A stretch of DNA of 64,000 nucleotides from Gammaproteobacteria bacterium (GCA_022822625.1 JAJEAV010000026.1:17138-81137); one strand, 5' to 3'. Counted from the first letter of the stretch, positions 1 to 9,578 are shown. A program made the numbers and translations. Notes: generated by a model not told the origin, from the sequence alone.

Positions 1-933
1 ATTTGCTTGTTTTTTGTCTCTTTCCCCTATAACCTTTTCCATGTCTTCTTGGGCGGTTACAAAAATCCATGCGCGGCCCTTACATTTGGTGGCAAGACTC
101 TCCGCTATCGTCTGCAGATTAGTCATCAATTTGATGTTGTCAGCTATATATTGACCCACTTCATCGACAAAGAAGTTCAGTCGAAAATTAGACTGTTGTT
201 GTTCGATATAGGCATTCACCTGGTTCGCAAAATCCTCGATTGAGACGCTGTATTGCTCTCTGTATTTATCGATGATTCCGAAAGCCACGTTTTTATCATC
301 TCCTGTTGTTTGAGAGTAGGCTTTGGCTATGTTATTCGCTTCAAATAGCGCTTGCTCACGACCCGTTGTCCAATCAATACCTGCCACTGATCGATAATTT
401 GACTGAAACTGCTCAAAGAGACCTCGCTTATCGAGGTCACGCTCAAATTGTGCAATATGGCCTTGTTTCCCGTAATAGCCGCACATCTGGTCAAAAACCT
501 TGACAAATACGGCCAGAAGGGCATCGACCTCGAATTTGCTGATAACGTCAGCCTTCTGGTCAATATTAAAAAGTATGCTTTTGGACGGTATGTTGACCGC
601 CTTTTGAATTTCTGCTAGTAGAAATTGATTTCCCCCAAGCTTTGGAATGAACAGGTCGAGAGCCCTGTCGTCATCGACCTGCCGGTTTTCCAGTAATAGT
701 GCCAGCATCTTGAGCAAGTGGGATTTTCCAGATCCGAAGAATCCTGAAATCCAGACGCCATTGGCACCCTGGAAATTGTTATAGGAATTGAGGAAGGATT
801 CAATACGATTTTCGATCTCATTGGTTAATATATATTCTTCGACCTCGATATGCAGACAGGTTTCATCGTCAGCTTTGATTACGCCTTCAATTGGGCGACC
901 CACAGATTTATTGAAAATAGATTTAAGTTTCAT
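1..933 (-). CDS. brxC: BREX P-loop ATPase BrxC, N-terminal part (continues past the left edge)
   Basis: Absent from the ORF track because no stop lies in the window. Manual translation from ATG at 933 gives MKLKSIFNKSVGRPIEGVIKADDE...GVWISGFFGSGKSHLLKML (Walker A) and ...LNFFVDEVGQYIADNIKLMTNLQTIAESLATKCKGRAWIFVTAQED (Walker B region). Lies directly downstream of brxB. Confidence 0.93.
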   Translation of the reverse strand, partial: MKLKSIFNKSVGRPIEGVIKADDETCLHIEVEEYILTNEIENRIESFLNSYNNFQGANGVWISGFFGSGKSHLLKMLALLLENRQVDDDRALDLFIPKLGGNQFLLAEIQKAVNIPSKSILFNIDQKADVISKFEVDALLAVFVKVFDQMCGYYGKQGHIAQFERDLDKRGLFEQFQSNYRSVAGIDWTTGREQALFEANNIAKAYSQTTGDDKNVAFGIIDKYREQYSVSIEDFANQVNAYIEQQQSNFRLNFFVDEVGQYIADNIKLMTNLQTIAESLATKCKGRAWIFVTAQEDMEKVIGERDKKQAN

Positions 934-945
934 TTCTTTCCTTCA

Positions 946-1539
946 CTACACTTCAAAGTGGAAGATATTGAATGCACGGTAGTACTTGTCATCCCGAAGT
1001 TCCCCAAAAAGTTCCAGTGATGTGCCTGAATCAGAATCATGTGTATATGAACCCGGGAAAAACATTATGGTAGGTTGTGTTTTAGCGGTGCTTTGGAGGT
1101 TGTTTAGAACGTTATGTGACCGAATGTATGGAAATACTTCACCAACACCGGTAATAAACAATACATCAAATTCCTCGCTCGTTATTTTTGACGCAATTGC
1201 AGGTACAAGGTATTCTTCAGAATCCAATACTCCCTGCAGTAATTCCTTTAGATTATTTTTAGAGATGGAATGCTCTGACTCAATTATCTTGTTCAAGACA
1301 TTGCGGTTGTCTAGAATTTCGATGGAAAGGTCATACAGATCAATTTCCAAAATTTGAACCCCCTTTTTTTCAAGTTGGTTAGTCAATTGTTGACGAAGTC
1401 GTATAATTTGATTGGCATCTTCTGGCTGGAATGGACAAATAAAAAATGGAACCTCATTACCGATCCCTTGCCTAGTAAGAAAACGCTTGCTTGAGATTAC
1501 CCTTACCAGGTGGTCAAGCATTTCTTTGTTTGGATTCAT
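946..1539 (-). CDS. brxB: BREX protein BrxB (DUF1788 family)
   Basis: 197 aa with GNEVPFFIC, LFITGVGEVFPYIRSHNVLNNLQ, MFFPGSY and YYRAFNI motifs; lies between brxA and brxC. Confidence 0.93.
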   Translation of the reverse strand: MNPNKEMLDHLVRVISSKRFLTRQGIGNEVPFFICPFQPEDANQIIRLRQQLTNQLEKKGVQILEIDLYDLSIEILDNRNVLNKIIESEHSISKNNLKELLQGVLDSEEYLVPAIASKITSEEFDVLFITGVGEVFPYIRSHNVLNNLQSTAKTQPTIMFFPGSYTHDSDSGTSLELFGELRDDKYYRAFNIFHFEV

Positions 1540-2162
1540 CGTAATATATTTTTAATATCAGACTCGCATACCGGAAAAAACATCATATCTTCAGGATTAT
1601 TGTGATAAAGCAATTCCAGCAGTTTTCGGCTAAGTATTGGTGGCATGATGTGATTTTGTTTGTTTAAATATCCCAGTTCTCGTAGCATTTTAAATAAAAC
1701 CCATCGCAACCTATTGCGGGTATTAATACTTAAAGTATCAAGTTCTGGACTCCATTCCGACTTTTTATTAAAAAAAGAATCAAAATCCTCATGTTGCAAT
1801 CTTGATTTCAAGGTGAGGTGATATTCTCTCAAAACCTCAACAGCAAATTCTCCAATAAAGCGGTATCGACGACAAATAGCGACCCACAATAGATGTGCTT
1901 GTTCCTGATGCGAGCTACTTATCAAGAATTTAATTTCATCCATGTTCAGGACTTGCAATCGGGTTAAAACTTCCTGGCAGATGCGTATACACGCACTCTG
2001 CGTCCTGGTCTGCAATAAATTTTCGGCAATAACTTTCTTGCGAACTGCACGATAAGTGCCCAAATCCAGATACAGAGCTGCAATACTAACCGACTCGTAG
2101 TGCAATAAACTGCCTGCTGTAAATGACATGCTGTATGCAAGAGAGTTTGAACCATTTTTCAT
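1536..2162 (-). CDS. brxA: BREX protein BrxA (DUF1819 family)
   Basis: 208 aa with YSMSFTAGSLL, ENLLQTRT and LLWVAICRRYRFIGEFAVEVLRE motifs; 4-nt ATGA overlap with brxB. Confidence 0.92.
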   Translation of the reverse strand: MKNGSNSLAYSMSFTAGSLLHYESVSIAALYLDLGTYRAVRKKVIAENLLQTRTQSACIRICQEVLTRLQVLNMDEIKFLISSSHQEQAHLLWVAICRRYRFIGEFAVEVLREYHLTLKSRLQHEDFDSFFNKKSEWSPELDTLSINTRNRLRWVLFKMLRELGYLNKQNHIMPPILSRKLLELLYHNNPEDMMFFPVCESDIKNILR

Positions 2163-2203
2163 CCTTATAAAATAGATATCTGAAAATATTGACGCATAAT
2201 TCT

Positions 2204-2276
2204 ATCCTGAGTCAATCCAGCCATGCTCAATAAATCGATCATTTGCCTATATTATTGCAAATTCGCGACTCAGGAT
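2204..2276. promoter_or_regulatory. Nested inverted repeats upstream of brxA (candidate operator/promoter)
   Basis: ATCCTGAGTC (2204-2213) and GACTCAGGAT (2267-2276) are perfect reverse complements; ATTTGC-N10-GCAAAT (2241-2262) lies between them. Confidence 0.35.
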
Positions 2277-2589
2277 TCGGAATTCAAAATGTGTGATTTC
2301 ATAATACCAAGCCCCGATAATCGTGCTCTCTGGAAATTGTCCAGAAGTCGAGTTGCAGAGCTTGGTCAGGAGTTCTTCCATGTGCCGGCCGATGAAATGG
2401 GGAACGATGGTCGTTGAGTACTCAGTACTGATTGCAGGCTTTCGATTGCTTGATGGGCCCGACTTGAAACACCTACGATAACCGGCATGCGTAGTTGAAC
2501 ATATCAATGGTTGCGCGTCCCACTAATCTTGTGCTTCCCATCTAATAGAATCCGGACATGCCAAGTGGCCTGAAAAATCCATTGGTATC

Positions 2590-3747
2590 TTATCTCGATT
2601 CAATCAGACGCTTTGGAAGTGTCCCGATGTCGGTAGCAGAAAGAACAGTGATGCACTCCGTTACTGGATAGTTGCGGGTGCCGGGATAGATTACAAACAA
2701 GTGGTCGAGTTCAAGCAAGGTTGCGGATTTCCTCAACATTGCAGATACCTTCGGTGATTCGCTGTGCTTGATTTCAAAACCAAATCTGTATCCGCGGTAA
2801 TGAATCAGTAAATCAATTTCTCCTCCACTGTGAGCACTCCAGAACCATGCAGGTGGATGGTTAAGGAAACTCAGAATCTGTTCAATAATGAATCCCTCCC
2901 ATGAAGCTCCAACTTTTGGGTGACGGTACAATTCCTGATCGTCCTGAATATCCAGCAAGGCATGAAGCAGTCCAGAATCCCGGAAATATATCTTGGGAGC
3001 CTTGACTTGCCGTTTTGCGATGTTTGCATGCCATGGCTGGAGTTGGCGAATCAAGAATACCCCCGTCAAAATGTCCAGATAGTTGCGCATGGTCTTGTCA
3101 CCCACGCCGAGTGACCTACCCAGTTCTGATGCATTCCAGACCTGCCCATGCCAATGTGCCAGTATATACCAGAATCTCTCAAGTGCCGAGGCTGGAATAC
3201 GGATACCGAGTTGCGGTATATCTCGTTCGAGAAATGTGCGGATAAAATTCTTGCGCCAGACGATGCTGTCATCGTTCGACGATGCCAGAAACGATCGTGG
3301 AAATCCTCCTCGATACCATAAATTATTCAAGTGGTCAAAGCCAGATTCCCGAAGGTCGAATCCAGTAATATCGACAAACTCCATGCGACCTGCAAGACTC
3401 TCCGATACCCCCTTTACTATGGAAGGAGAGGCACTGCCGAGAATAAGAAACCGGGTTTCCGAAGGCTCCCTGTCTGCGAGAACCCGTAGCACTGGAAACA
3501 GTTCTGGCATGCGTTGAATCTCGTCAATCACCACGAGACCACTTATTGAACCGAGTACCAGTTCCGGATTTTCAAGCGCCCTCACGGCAGAACTGGATTC
3601 AAGGTCAAATACAGTTGAGACATGATCTTTCGAAAACTGGCGAGCCAGGGTTGTTTTTCCAGCTTGACGAGGCCCAATCAGTGCGGTAACAGGGGACCGA
3701 GCAACAGACTTCTCCAACCGATTCAGGTATTCTTGCCGTGAAATCAT
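2590..3747 (-). CDS. AAA-family ATPase with C-terminal DUF4143-like PD-(D/E)xK nuclease-type domain
   Basis: Walker A GPRQAGKTT, Walker B VVIDEIQ, LGSAS, ESLAGR, RGGFP, PKIYFRDSGLL, and C-terminal EIDLL-x7-GFEIK; 385 aa. Confidence 0.88.
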   Translation of the reverse strand: MISRQEYLNRLEKSVARSPVTALIGPRQAGKTTLARQFSKDHVSTVFDLESSSAVRALENPELVLGSISGLVVIDEIQRMPELFPVLRVLADREPSETRFLILGSASPSIVKGVSESLAGRMEFVDITGFDLRESGFDHLNNLWYRGGFPRSFLASSNDDSIVWRKNFIRTFLERDIPQLGIRIPASALERFWYILAHWHGQVWNASELGRSLGVGDKTMRNYLDILTGVFLIRQLQPWHANIAKRQVKAPKIYFRDSGLLHALLDIQDDQELYRHPKVGASWEGFIIEQILSFLNHPPAWFWSAHSGGEIDLLIHYRGYRFGFEIKHSESPKVSAMLRKSATLLELDHLFVIYPGTRNYPVTECITVLSATDIGTLPKRLIESR

Positions 3748-3755
3748 GATTATCT

Positions 3756-3810
3756 ATCAAAAAAGTTTGATATTTCGTATATTATATCCGAAATATCAAA
3801 CTTTTTTGAT
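3756..3810. repeat. 55-bp palindrome (perfect 22-bp arms, 11-nt spacer) immediately upstream of the AAA/DUF4143 gene; probable operator/promoter
   Basis: ATCAAAAAAGTTTGATATTTCG (3756-3777) is the exact reverse complement of CGAAATATCAAACTTTTTTGAT (3789-3810). The spacer holds TATAAT on the minus strand (3781-3786). Confidence 0.9.
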
Positions 3811-4055
3811 CTGTTGCTGTCAGAAAAAGGATCTATGGGTAAAATTTGCAAACTATCTGATGAGCGTTGGTCATCCGTCTCTTAGAACATCCGCCAAGGC
3901 ACCTATCCCTCCAGCGTACGGCTCTTGAGAACATGAGGGGAATGGATGATCGGAACGTCATCACCCCGCCATCGTTGAATCGAGCCTTGGGTCTTGACCG
4001 GAACCACCACCATCCGCCCCCGGGCAACAAGGCAGAGTAGGCAGCAGGCCGATGG

Positions 4056-4862
4056 CTATTTGCCTTTCCAGTCCGGCTTCCTCTTTTCCGAGAATGCTCT
4101 CCCGCCTTCCATGAAATCTTCCGAACGAAGCATGCTTTGATAGATGGGGAAGTCTGGATTTCCAGGTTTAGTAGCAGCGAAAGCATCTCGGATCGGCATC
4201 TCATTGATTCTTGGTACTACTTCCTTGAGAGCCTGTAGTGCAAGCGGTGCTCCCTGGGCAATGACTTTTGCAAGCTCTCTGGCCCTCGGAAGCAGTTCAG
4301 CTTTAGGCAGAATCTCGTGAACCAGCCCCCAGTGCTTTGCTTCTTCCGCATCCATACGACGACCCGTGTATAGCAGTTCCATGGCGACGTTGTAGGGCAG
4401 CTTGCGCGGCAAATGTTGAATTCCTCCCACATCCGGCAGGAATCCGCGCTGCATCTCGGGAAAGAAGAACTCGGAATCTTCTCTGCACAAGATCAGATCG
4501 CATGCGAGTGCGATCTCGAATCCTCCGCCTACCGCGATACCGTTGATCGCAGCGATTACCGGTTTGCAAAGGTCCCAGTACTCGGTGATTCCGGCGAATC
4601 CACCGGGGCAATCCAGCGCATCGGCCAGTGCCGCTTCGTTCGATTCCATGGAAGCTAATTCCTTGAGGTCCCATCCTGCACAGAAAATTCTTCCGTCACC
4701 ACCGGTGATGATTCCGCACAGCAGGCTGTTATCATTCTGCAAGATCTCCAGAGCTGCATGAATATCTCGCGAAACCGAGTTGGTGATGGCATTTGCAGGA
4801 GGGCAGTCGAGGGTGATTTCAATTACATTTTCATGGATTTCCACTTTGACTTCTTGATTCAT
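4056..4862 (-). CDS. Enoyl-CoA hydratase/isomerase, carnitinyl-CoA dehydratase (CaiD)-like
   Basis: FCAGWDLKE, GGFAGITE, KPVIAAINGIAVGGGFEIALACD and C-terminal AFSEKRKPDWKGK. Confidence 0.85.
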   Translation of the reverse strand: MNQEVKVEIHENVIEITLDCPPANAITNSVSRDIHAALEILQNDNSLLCGIITGGDGRIFCAGWDLKELASMESNEAALADALDCPGGFAGITEYWDLCKPVIAAINGIAVGGGFEIALACDLILCREDSEFFFPEMQRGFLPDVGGIQHLPRKLPYNVAMELLYTGRRMDAEEAKHWGLVHEILPKAELLPRARELAKVIAQGAPLALQALKEVVPRINEMPIRDAFAATKPGNPDFPIYQSMLRSEDFMEGGRAFSEKRKPDWKGK

Positions 4863-4890
4863 CAGTATTTACTCCCAGAGCGATATATCG

Positions 4891-7029
4891 ATGTCAAATT
4901 TAACTGATAAACCTTATCCAATTCCAGTGCAGATTTCTGATTTTTTCGATTGCGGGCACTGGTTCGACAGAATGCTGTCACCGGCTTCGATCGCTATTGT
5001 CGGAGCGTCAGACAGGCCGGGTCGTCCGGGAAACATGGTGCAGAGAGTGCTCCAGGCGCACGGCTTTGCGGGCGATATATGGCCTGTCAATCCGAATCAT
5101 GACCGCATCGGAGAGCTTGTGTGCTATCCCGACTTGTCGGAACTGCCGTCCGCTCCTGATCTAGTGGTTGTGGTGGTCAATAGCAGCCGTGTCGAAGTCG
5201 CGGTTCAAGTAGCGATTGATATCGGATCCGGAGGCATTGTCATCTTCTCGAACAACTTCATTGAGCAGGATGTCGTACCACCCCTGCTGGAGCGCCTGAA
5301 GACCTTGTGCCGCAATGCCGACATCCCGGTTTGTGGCGGCAATGGCATGGGATTTTACAATTACGATTCTCATGCCTTGGTAAGTTTTGACTCCCCTCCG
5401 GAGCGTCCCTCCGGTTATATCTCACTGATTGCTCATTCCGGTTCGGTGATGACCTATCTCGCGAACACGGACCCGCGCCTGATGTTCAATTTGGTAGTGT
5501 CTCCGGGGCAGGAAATTCATGGCACCGTTGCCGACTACATCCAGTATGCCCTGCATATGCCGAGTACCCGGGTTATTGCGGTGTTCATAGAAACGATTCG
5601 CGACCCGGAAGGTTTTGTGCTGGCTCTCTCGAAAGCCCGGGAAATTAGGATTTCGGTAGTGATTGTCAAAGTCGGAGCGACCGAACAGAGTGCTCGCATG
5701 GCCGCCAGTCACTCGGGAGCGATAGCTGGAGACGACAACGTTTTTCAGGCGATCTGCGACCGATACGGAGCAATTCGGGTTCGGGACATCGATGAACTGG
5801 CGGCAACCGCTCTATTGTTCTCTCAGAAACACAGGCCAGGTTCAGGAGGATTGTCGAGTCTTCTCGATTCAGGAGGGCTGAGAGAACAGATGGTAGACCT
5901 CGCATCCGATTTCGGCGTGACGTTTACCCGGCTTTCCGAATCGTCTCGGAATCAACTGGCCAGTATTCTTGAGTACGGACTGATTCCAGACAACCCGGTT
6001 GATGCCATGGGTTCAATCAGCGCAGATGTAGCGGAGACATATTCGCAGTGCCTGGACATTCTTGGAAACGATCCTGGTACAGCCATGCTCTCTCTCGAAT
6101 TCGAGTTCAGAGACGGTTTCAGTCACTACCCATCCCTTCTCGAAGTTGCAAAGAAGTGGAGAAATAAATCTGACCAGTCGTTTATTGTGATCAATAGCAC
6201 CTCTCGAGCTGACAACAACCAAAAGGCACTTGAACTGGGGCGTTGCGGTATTCCGGTCATCAACGGAATCTCTCTGGCTCTGGCCGCAATCGGCAATGCT
6301 TTCCGTTACCGTGACCATCGGATGTACCCGCTTGCGGACATTCCATCAATTCCTGAAACAGCCCAGTATCACGAGGCGAATATCCTGAGAAAAGGAAATA
6401 TAGAAGAAGCCGAGACCCTCTTAATGCTGTCGGATTTCGGCCTTCCGGTCGTAGAGTTCCGGTTAGTGAAAAATACCCGACAGGTTCTGGAGGCGGCCGA
6501 AGAATTAGGGTATCCAGTCGTTCTCAAGTCGGCCCGGCCCGGATTGCTCCACAAATCCGAAGTAATGGGGGTCATAACGAGCATCCAGAACCGGAGCGGA
6601 TTGCTCGACGCTTACAGGGAATTGTCTGCCCGCTTGGGTGATGAGGTTATCGTAGCCGCAATGCTAGGCGATGGTGTCGAGCTAGGTTTCGGCATGGTCA
6701 ATGATCGGCAGTTTGGTCCTGTCGTGATGGTTTCGGCTGGCGGAACTCACATAGAGTTGTTCGACGACAGGCGGTTCATCAAGGCACCTTTTTCAACCGA
6801 AGAAGCATGGCATCACATCCAGAGCCTCAAGATTTGCGGGCTCCTCGAAGGTTGTTGGGGGCGAGTTCCATGCAGGATGGATCTGGCGGCAACAGCACTT
6901 TCGCGGTTCTCGGAAGTGGCCTCCACACTCAAGGATTGCGTGCTGGAAATGGATGCGAATCCCGTCATCGTAACCCCGCACGATTGCCGGGTCGCTGATG
7001 CGATGGTCGTTGGCATGGATGGCGGATAG
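4891..7029 (+). CDS. Acetate--CoA ligase family (ADP-forming acyl-CoA synthetase; CoA-binding + ATP-grasp fusion); start uncertain
   Basis: PASIAIVGAS, GGNGMG, catalytic-His motif ASHSGAIAG, DNPVD, GYPVVLK...HKSE.GV, FGPVVMV and EMDANP. Confidence 0.85.
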   Translation: MSNLTDKPYPIPVQISDFFDCGHWFDRMLSPASIAIVGASDRPGRPGNMVQRVLQAHGFAGDIWPVNPNHDRIGELVCYPDLSELPSAPDLVVVVVNSSRVEVAVQVAIDIGSGGIVIFSNNFIEQDVVPPLLERLKTLCRNADIPVCGGNGMGFYNYDSHALVSFDSPPERPSGYISLIAHSGSVMTYLANTDPRLMFNLVVSPGQEIHGTVADYIQYALHMPSTRVIAVFIETIRDPEGFVLALSKAREIRISVVIVKVGATEQSARMAASHSGAIAGDDNVFQAICDRYGAIRVRDIDELAATALLFSQKHRPGSGGLSSLLDSGGLREQMVDLASDFGVTFTRLSESSRNQLASILEYGLIPDNPVDAMGSISADVAETYSQCLDILGNDPGTAMLSLEFEFRDGFSHYPSLLEVAKKWRNKSDQSFIVINSTSRADNNQKALELGRCGIPVINGISLALAAIGNAFRYRDHRMYPLADIPSIPETAQYHEANILRKGNIEEAETLLMLSDFGLPVVEFRLVKNTRQVLEAAEELGYPVVLKSARPGLLHKSEVMGVITSIQNRSGLLDAYRELSARLGDEVIVAAMLGDGVELGFGMVNDRQFGPVVMVSAGGTHIELFDDRRFIKAPFSTEEAWHHIQSLKICGLLEGCWGRVPCRMDLAATALSRFSEVASTLKDCVLEMDANPVIVTPHDCRVADAMVVGMDGG

Positions 7030-7696
7030 ATTTGCTGTTTCGGAGTTCAGGTATGCAAGCCAGAGATAGAGACTGTTGCCGATTCCCTATGGTCAGCGGG
7101 CGGTTGCGTCTTTCTACGCCCCATCAAGGCGTTACGAAACAAGCCACAGAACAAACTAAGATGGTACAATTCATCTTGATGCGGCCTCAAGCACTTTTGC
7201 ACTTTTGACCATAACTCGATACGTTTATTGATAAAGTCCAAGAATTGCCGGGGGCATGGCTCAGGGTGATACCCAAGAATAAGTATTGGCTAGTGTCACG
7301 ATGTTATCGCATTATGGTTGATACGTAGCGAATACGGTTCCTGACTCCATATGGTGCAGTCTGATATATGCCTGGAAATACTTTCATGGAGAATATCAAT
7401 AGATTTATAAGGTCTCGGTAAAAACTTCTTGAATTAATGAGATTTTATAACGTTGTTCGCTTCAAGATACTTCATATTGTATTGATTCTGGCTTATACGG
7501 CAGATAATTTCTAATTTCTTTATTACTGGGTAAATCGGCATCGTTCAGTTTGATTGGTTTCTCATTCTTGTTGTCCATTCCGAAGTGGATTGCGACATGA
7601 AAACGGTGAATTAGATTTACAGTCAATCCATTTCCTCTACAGGAATGACGACCGATCCGATTGCCTTGATTTCATTTGTACTGAGTAAACCTGAAC

Positions 7697-9520
7697 ATGC
7701 CTGAAAAATCGGTCATTTCCGATATATCACAAATTCGTAATTTCTCGATCATTGCCCATGTAGATCATGGCAAATCGACTCTTGCCGACCGTTTTATCCA
7801 GAAATGCGGCGCTCTGGAGAACAGGGAAATGAAGGAACAGGTACTGGATTCGATGGAACTCGAGCGTGAGAGGGGAATCACCATCAAGGCCCAGAGTGTT
7901 ACCTTGTTCTACGAAGCAAAAAACGGCAAGCAATACCAGTTGAACATGATCGACACTCCAGGCCATGTCGATTTTTCATATGAAGTGTCCAGATCATTAA
8001 GTGCCTGCGAAGGGGCCCTTTTGGTAGTGGATGCCGCCCAGGGAGTTGAAGCACAGACTGTTGCAAATTGCTATACCGCTGTTGATCGCGGGCTCGAAGT
8101 CATTCCGGTCTTGAATAAAATTGACTTGCCTTCCGCTGAACCGAATCGGGTACTTTCGGAAATCGAAGATGTAATCGGGATTGACTGCACAGGAGCAATC
8201 GAGGTCAGTGCCAAGACTGGACAAGGGGTTGAAGAAGTTCTCGAACAAATTGTGCAGTACATGCCATCCCCGCCTGATAACCAGGAATTGCCATTGCGGG
8301 CTCTGGTCCTCGATTCCTGGTTCGATAACTACCTTGGAGTAGTCTCATTAGTCAGGATTGTAGACGGAGTCCTGCCTTCCGGAAAAACCCGCATCACGAT
8401 AATGTCAACCGGTCGAGAATACCAACTGGAAAAAGTCGGCATATTTACCCCGAAACCTGTTGAAGTTGAAAAACTCTCAACCGGCAATGTTGGATATGTC
8501 ATGGCTGGATTGAAAGATATTCACTCGGCAAGAGTCGGGGATACCATAACCCTGGCTCACAATATGGCATCAGAACCGCTGCCCGGTTTCAAGGAAGTCA
8601 AGTCAACCGTATTTGCTGGACTCTACCCAGTCAATAATGCCGACTTCGATTCGTTTCGAACTGCTCTCGAAAAACTCAGCCTGAACGATGCATCTCTGTC
8701 TTATGAACCAGAGACCTCACAGGCGCTTGGCTTTGGTTTTCGATGCGGATTTCTTGGGATGTTGCATATGGAAATCATCCAGGAACGACTCGAACGGGAA
8801 TATCAGATTGAATTGATTACTACAGCCCCGACCGTGGTCTACGAAATTCATATGAAAAACGGCACGGTTGTCGAGATCGATAATCCATCCAGACTCCCGG
8901 ATCTTTCACGTGTCGACTTCATCAGGGAGCCCTATATCCTTGCTCATATACTCATTCCCTACGATTATGTGGGTGCTGTCATGGGTCTCTGTGTAGAACG
9001 CCGTGGAGTTCAGAAAAACATTCATTATCACGGACGCCAGGTGATGCTGGATTTTGAAATTCCGCTGACCGAAGTTGTTGTGGATTTCTTTGATAGGTTA
9101 AAATCCGTAACCCAAGGCTATGGGTCACTCGATTATGACTTCATTGAAAGTCGTCCAGCCGACATGGTCAAGGTAGATATTCTGATTAATGGAGATAGGG
9201 TAGATCCATTAGCGATTCTGGTTCATAAGGAGCAAAGCCAGTACAGGGCTCGAGAACTGGTTGCGAGAATGAAGAAACTGATCCCGAGGCAAATGTTTGA
9301 TGTAGCCATTCAGGCCGCCATAGGTTCGAGAATCATTTCTCGGGAAACTGTAAAGGCCATGAGGAAGAATGTAACCGCAAAATGCTATGGTGGCGATGTG
9401 ACCAGAAAACGCAAACTGCTGGAAAAGCAAAAAGCCGGAAAAAAAAGAATGAAGCAGATCGGGTCTGTACAAATCCCACAAGAAGCCTTTCTCTCGGTTC
9501 TCAAGGTTGACCGTGCCTAA
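7697..9520 (+). CDS. lepA: Translation elongation factor 4 LepA
   Basis: [47 protein letters not shown] and [18 protein letters not shown]. Confidence 0.98.
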   Translation: MPEKSVISDISQIRNFSIIAHVDHGKSTLADRFIQKCGALENREMKEQVLDSMELERERGITIKAQSVTLFYEAKNGKQYQLNMIDTPGHVDFSYEVSRSLSACEGALLVVDAAQGVEAQTVANCYTAVDRGLEVIPVLNKIDLPSAEPNRVLSEIEDVIGIDCTGAIEVSAKTGQGVEEVLEQIVQYMPSPPDNQELPLRALVLDSWFDNYLGVVSLVRIVDGVLPSGKTRITIMSTGREYQLEKVGIFTPKPVEVEKLSTGNVGYVMAGLKDIHSARVGDTITLAHNMASEPLPGFKEVKSTVFAGLYPVNNADFDSFRTALEKLSLNDASLSYEPETSQALGFGFRCGFLGMLHMEIIQERLEREYQIELITTAPTVVYEIHMKNGTVVEIDNPSRLPDLSRVDFIREPYILAHILIPYDYVGAVMGLCVERRGVQKNIHYHGRQVMLDFEIPLTEVVVDFFDRLKSVTQGYGSLDYDFIESRPADMVKVDILINGDRVDPLAILVHKEQSQYRARELVARMKKLIPRQMFDVAIQAAIGSRIISRETVKAMRKNVTAKCYGGDVTRKRKLLEKQKAGKKRMKQIGSVQIPQEAFLSVLKVDRA

Positions 9521-9578
9521 TAGCCATGCGTCAAATGTACCCGGCTGTCGGTAATTTCAAAAAACGAAAATAGCAATT

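Noticed and set aside
2247-2507. 86-aa ORF between the AAA gene and brxA as a possible small BREX gene (brxE/brxR-like)
   Set aside because: No recognisable motif, weak start, and it overlaps the probable brxA promoter; may be spurious or an unidentifiable remnant.
2530-2559. TGTGCTTCCCATCTAATAGAATCCGGACAT loosely resembles an IS3-family terminal inverted repeat
   Set aside because: No partner repeat, target duplication or transposase found; the similarity needs gaps and rests on memory.
3756-3810. Palindrome read as an FNR site or as an intrinsic terminator
   Set aside because: FNR needs TTGAT-N4-ATCAA, whereas the half-sites here are in the opposite order. The stem is AT-rich, lacks a separate U-tail and abuts a start codon.
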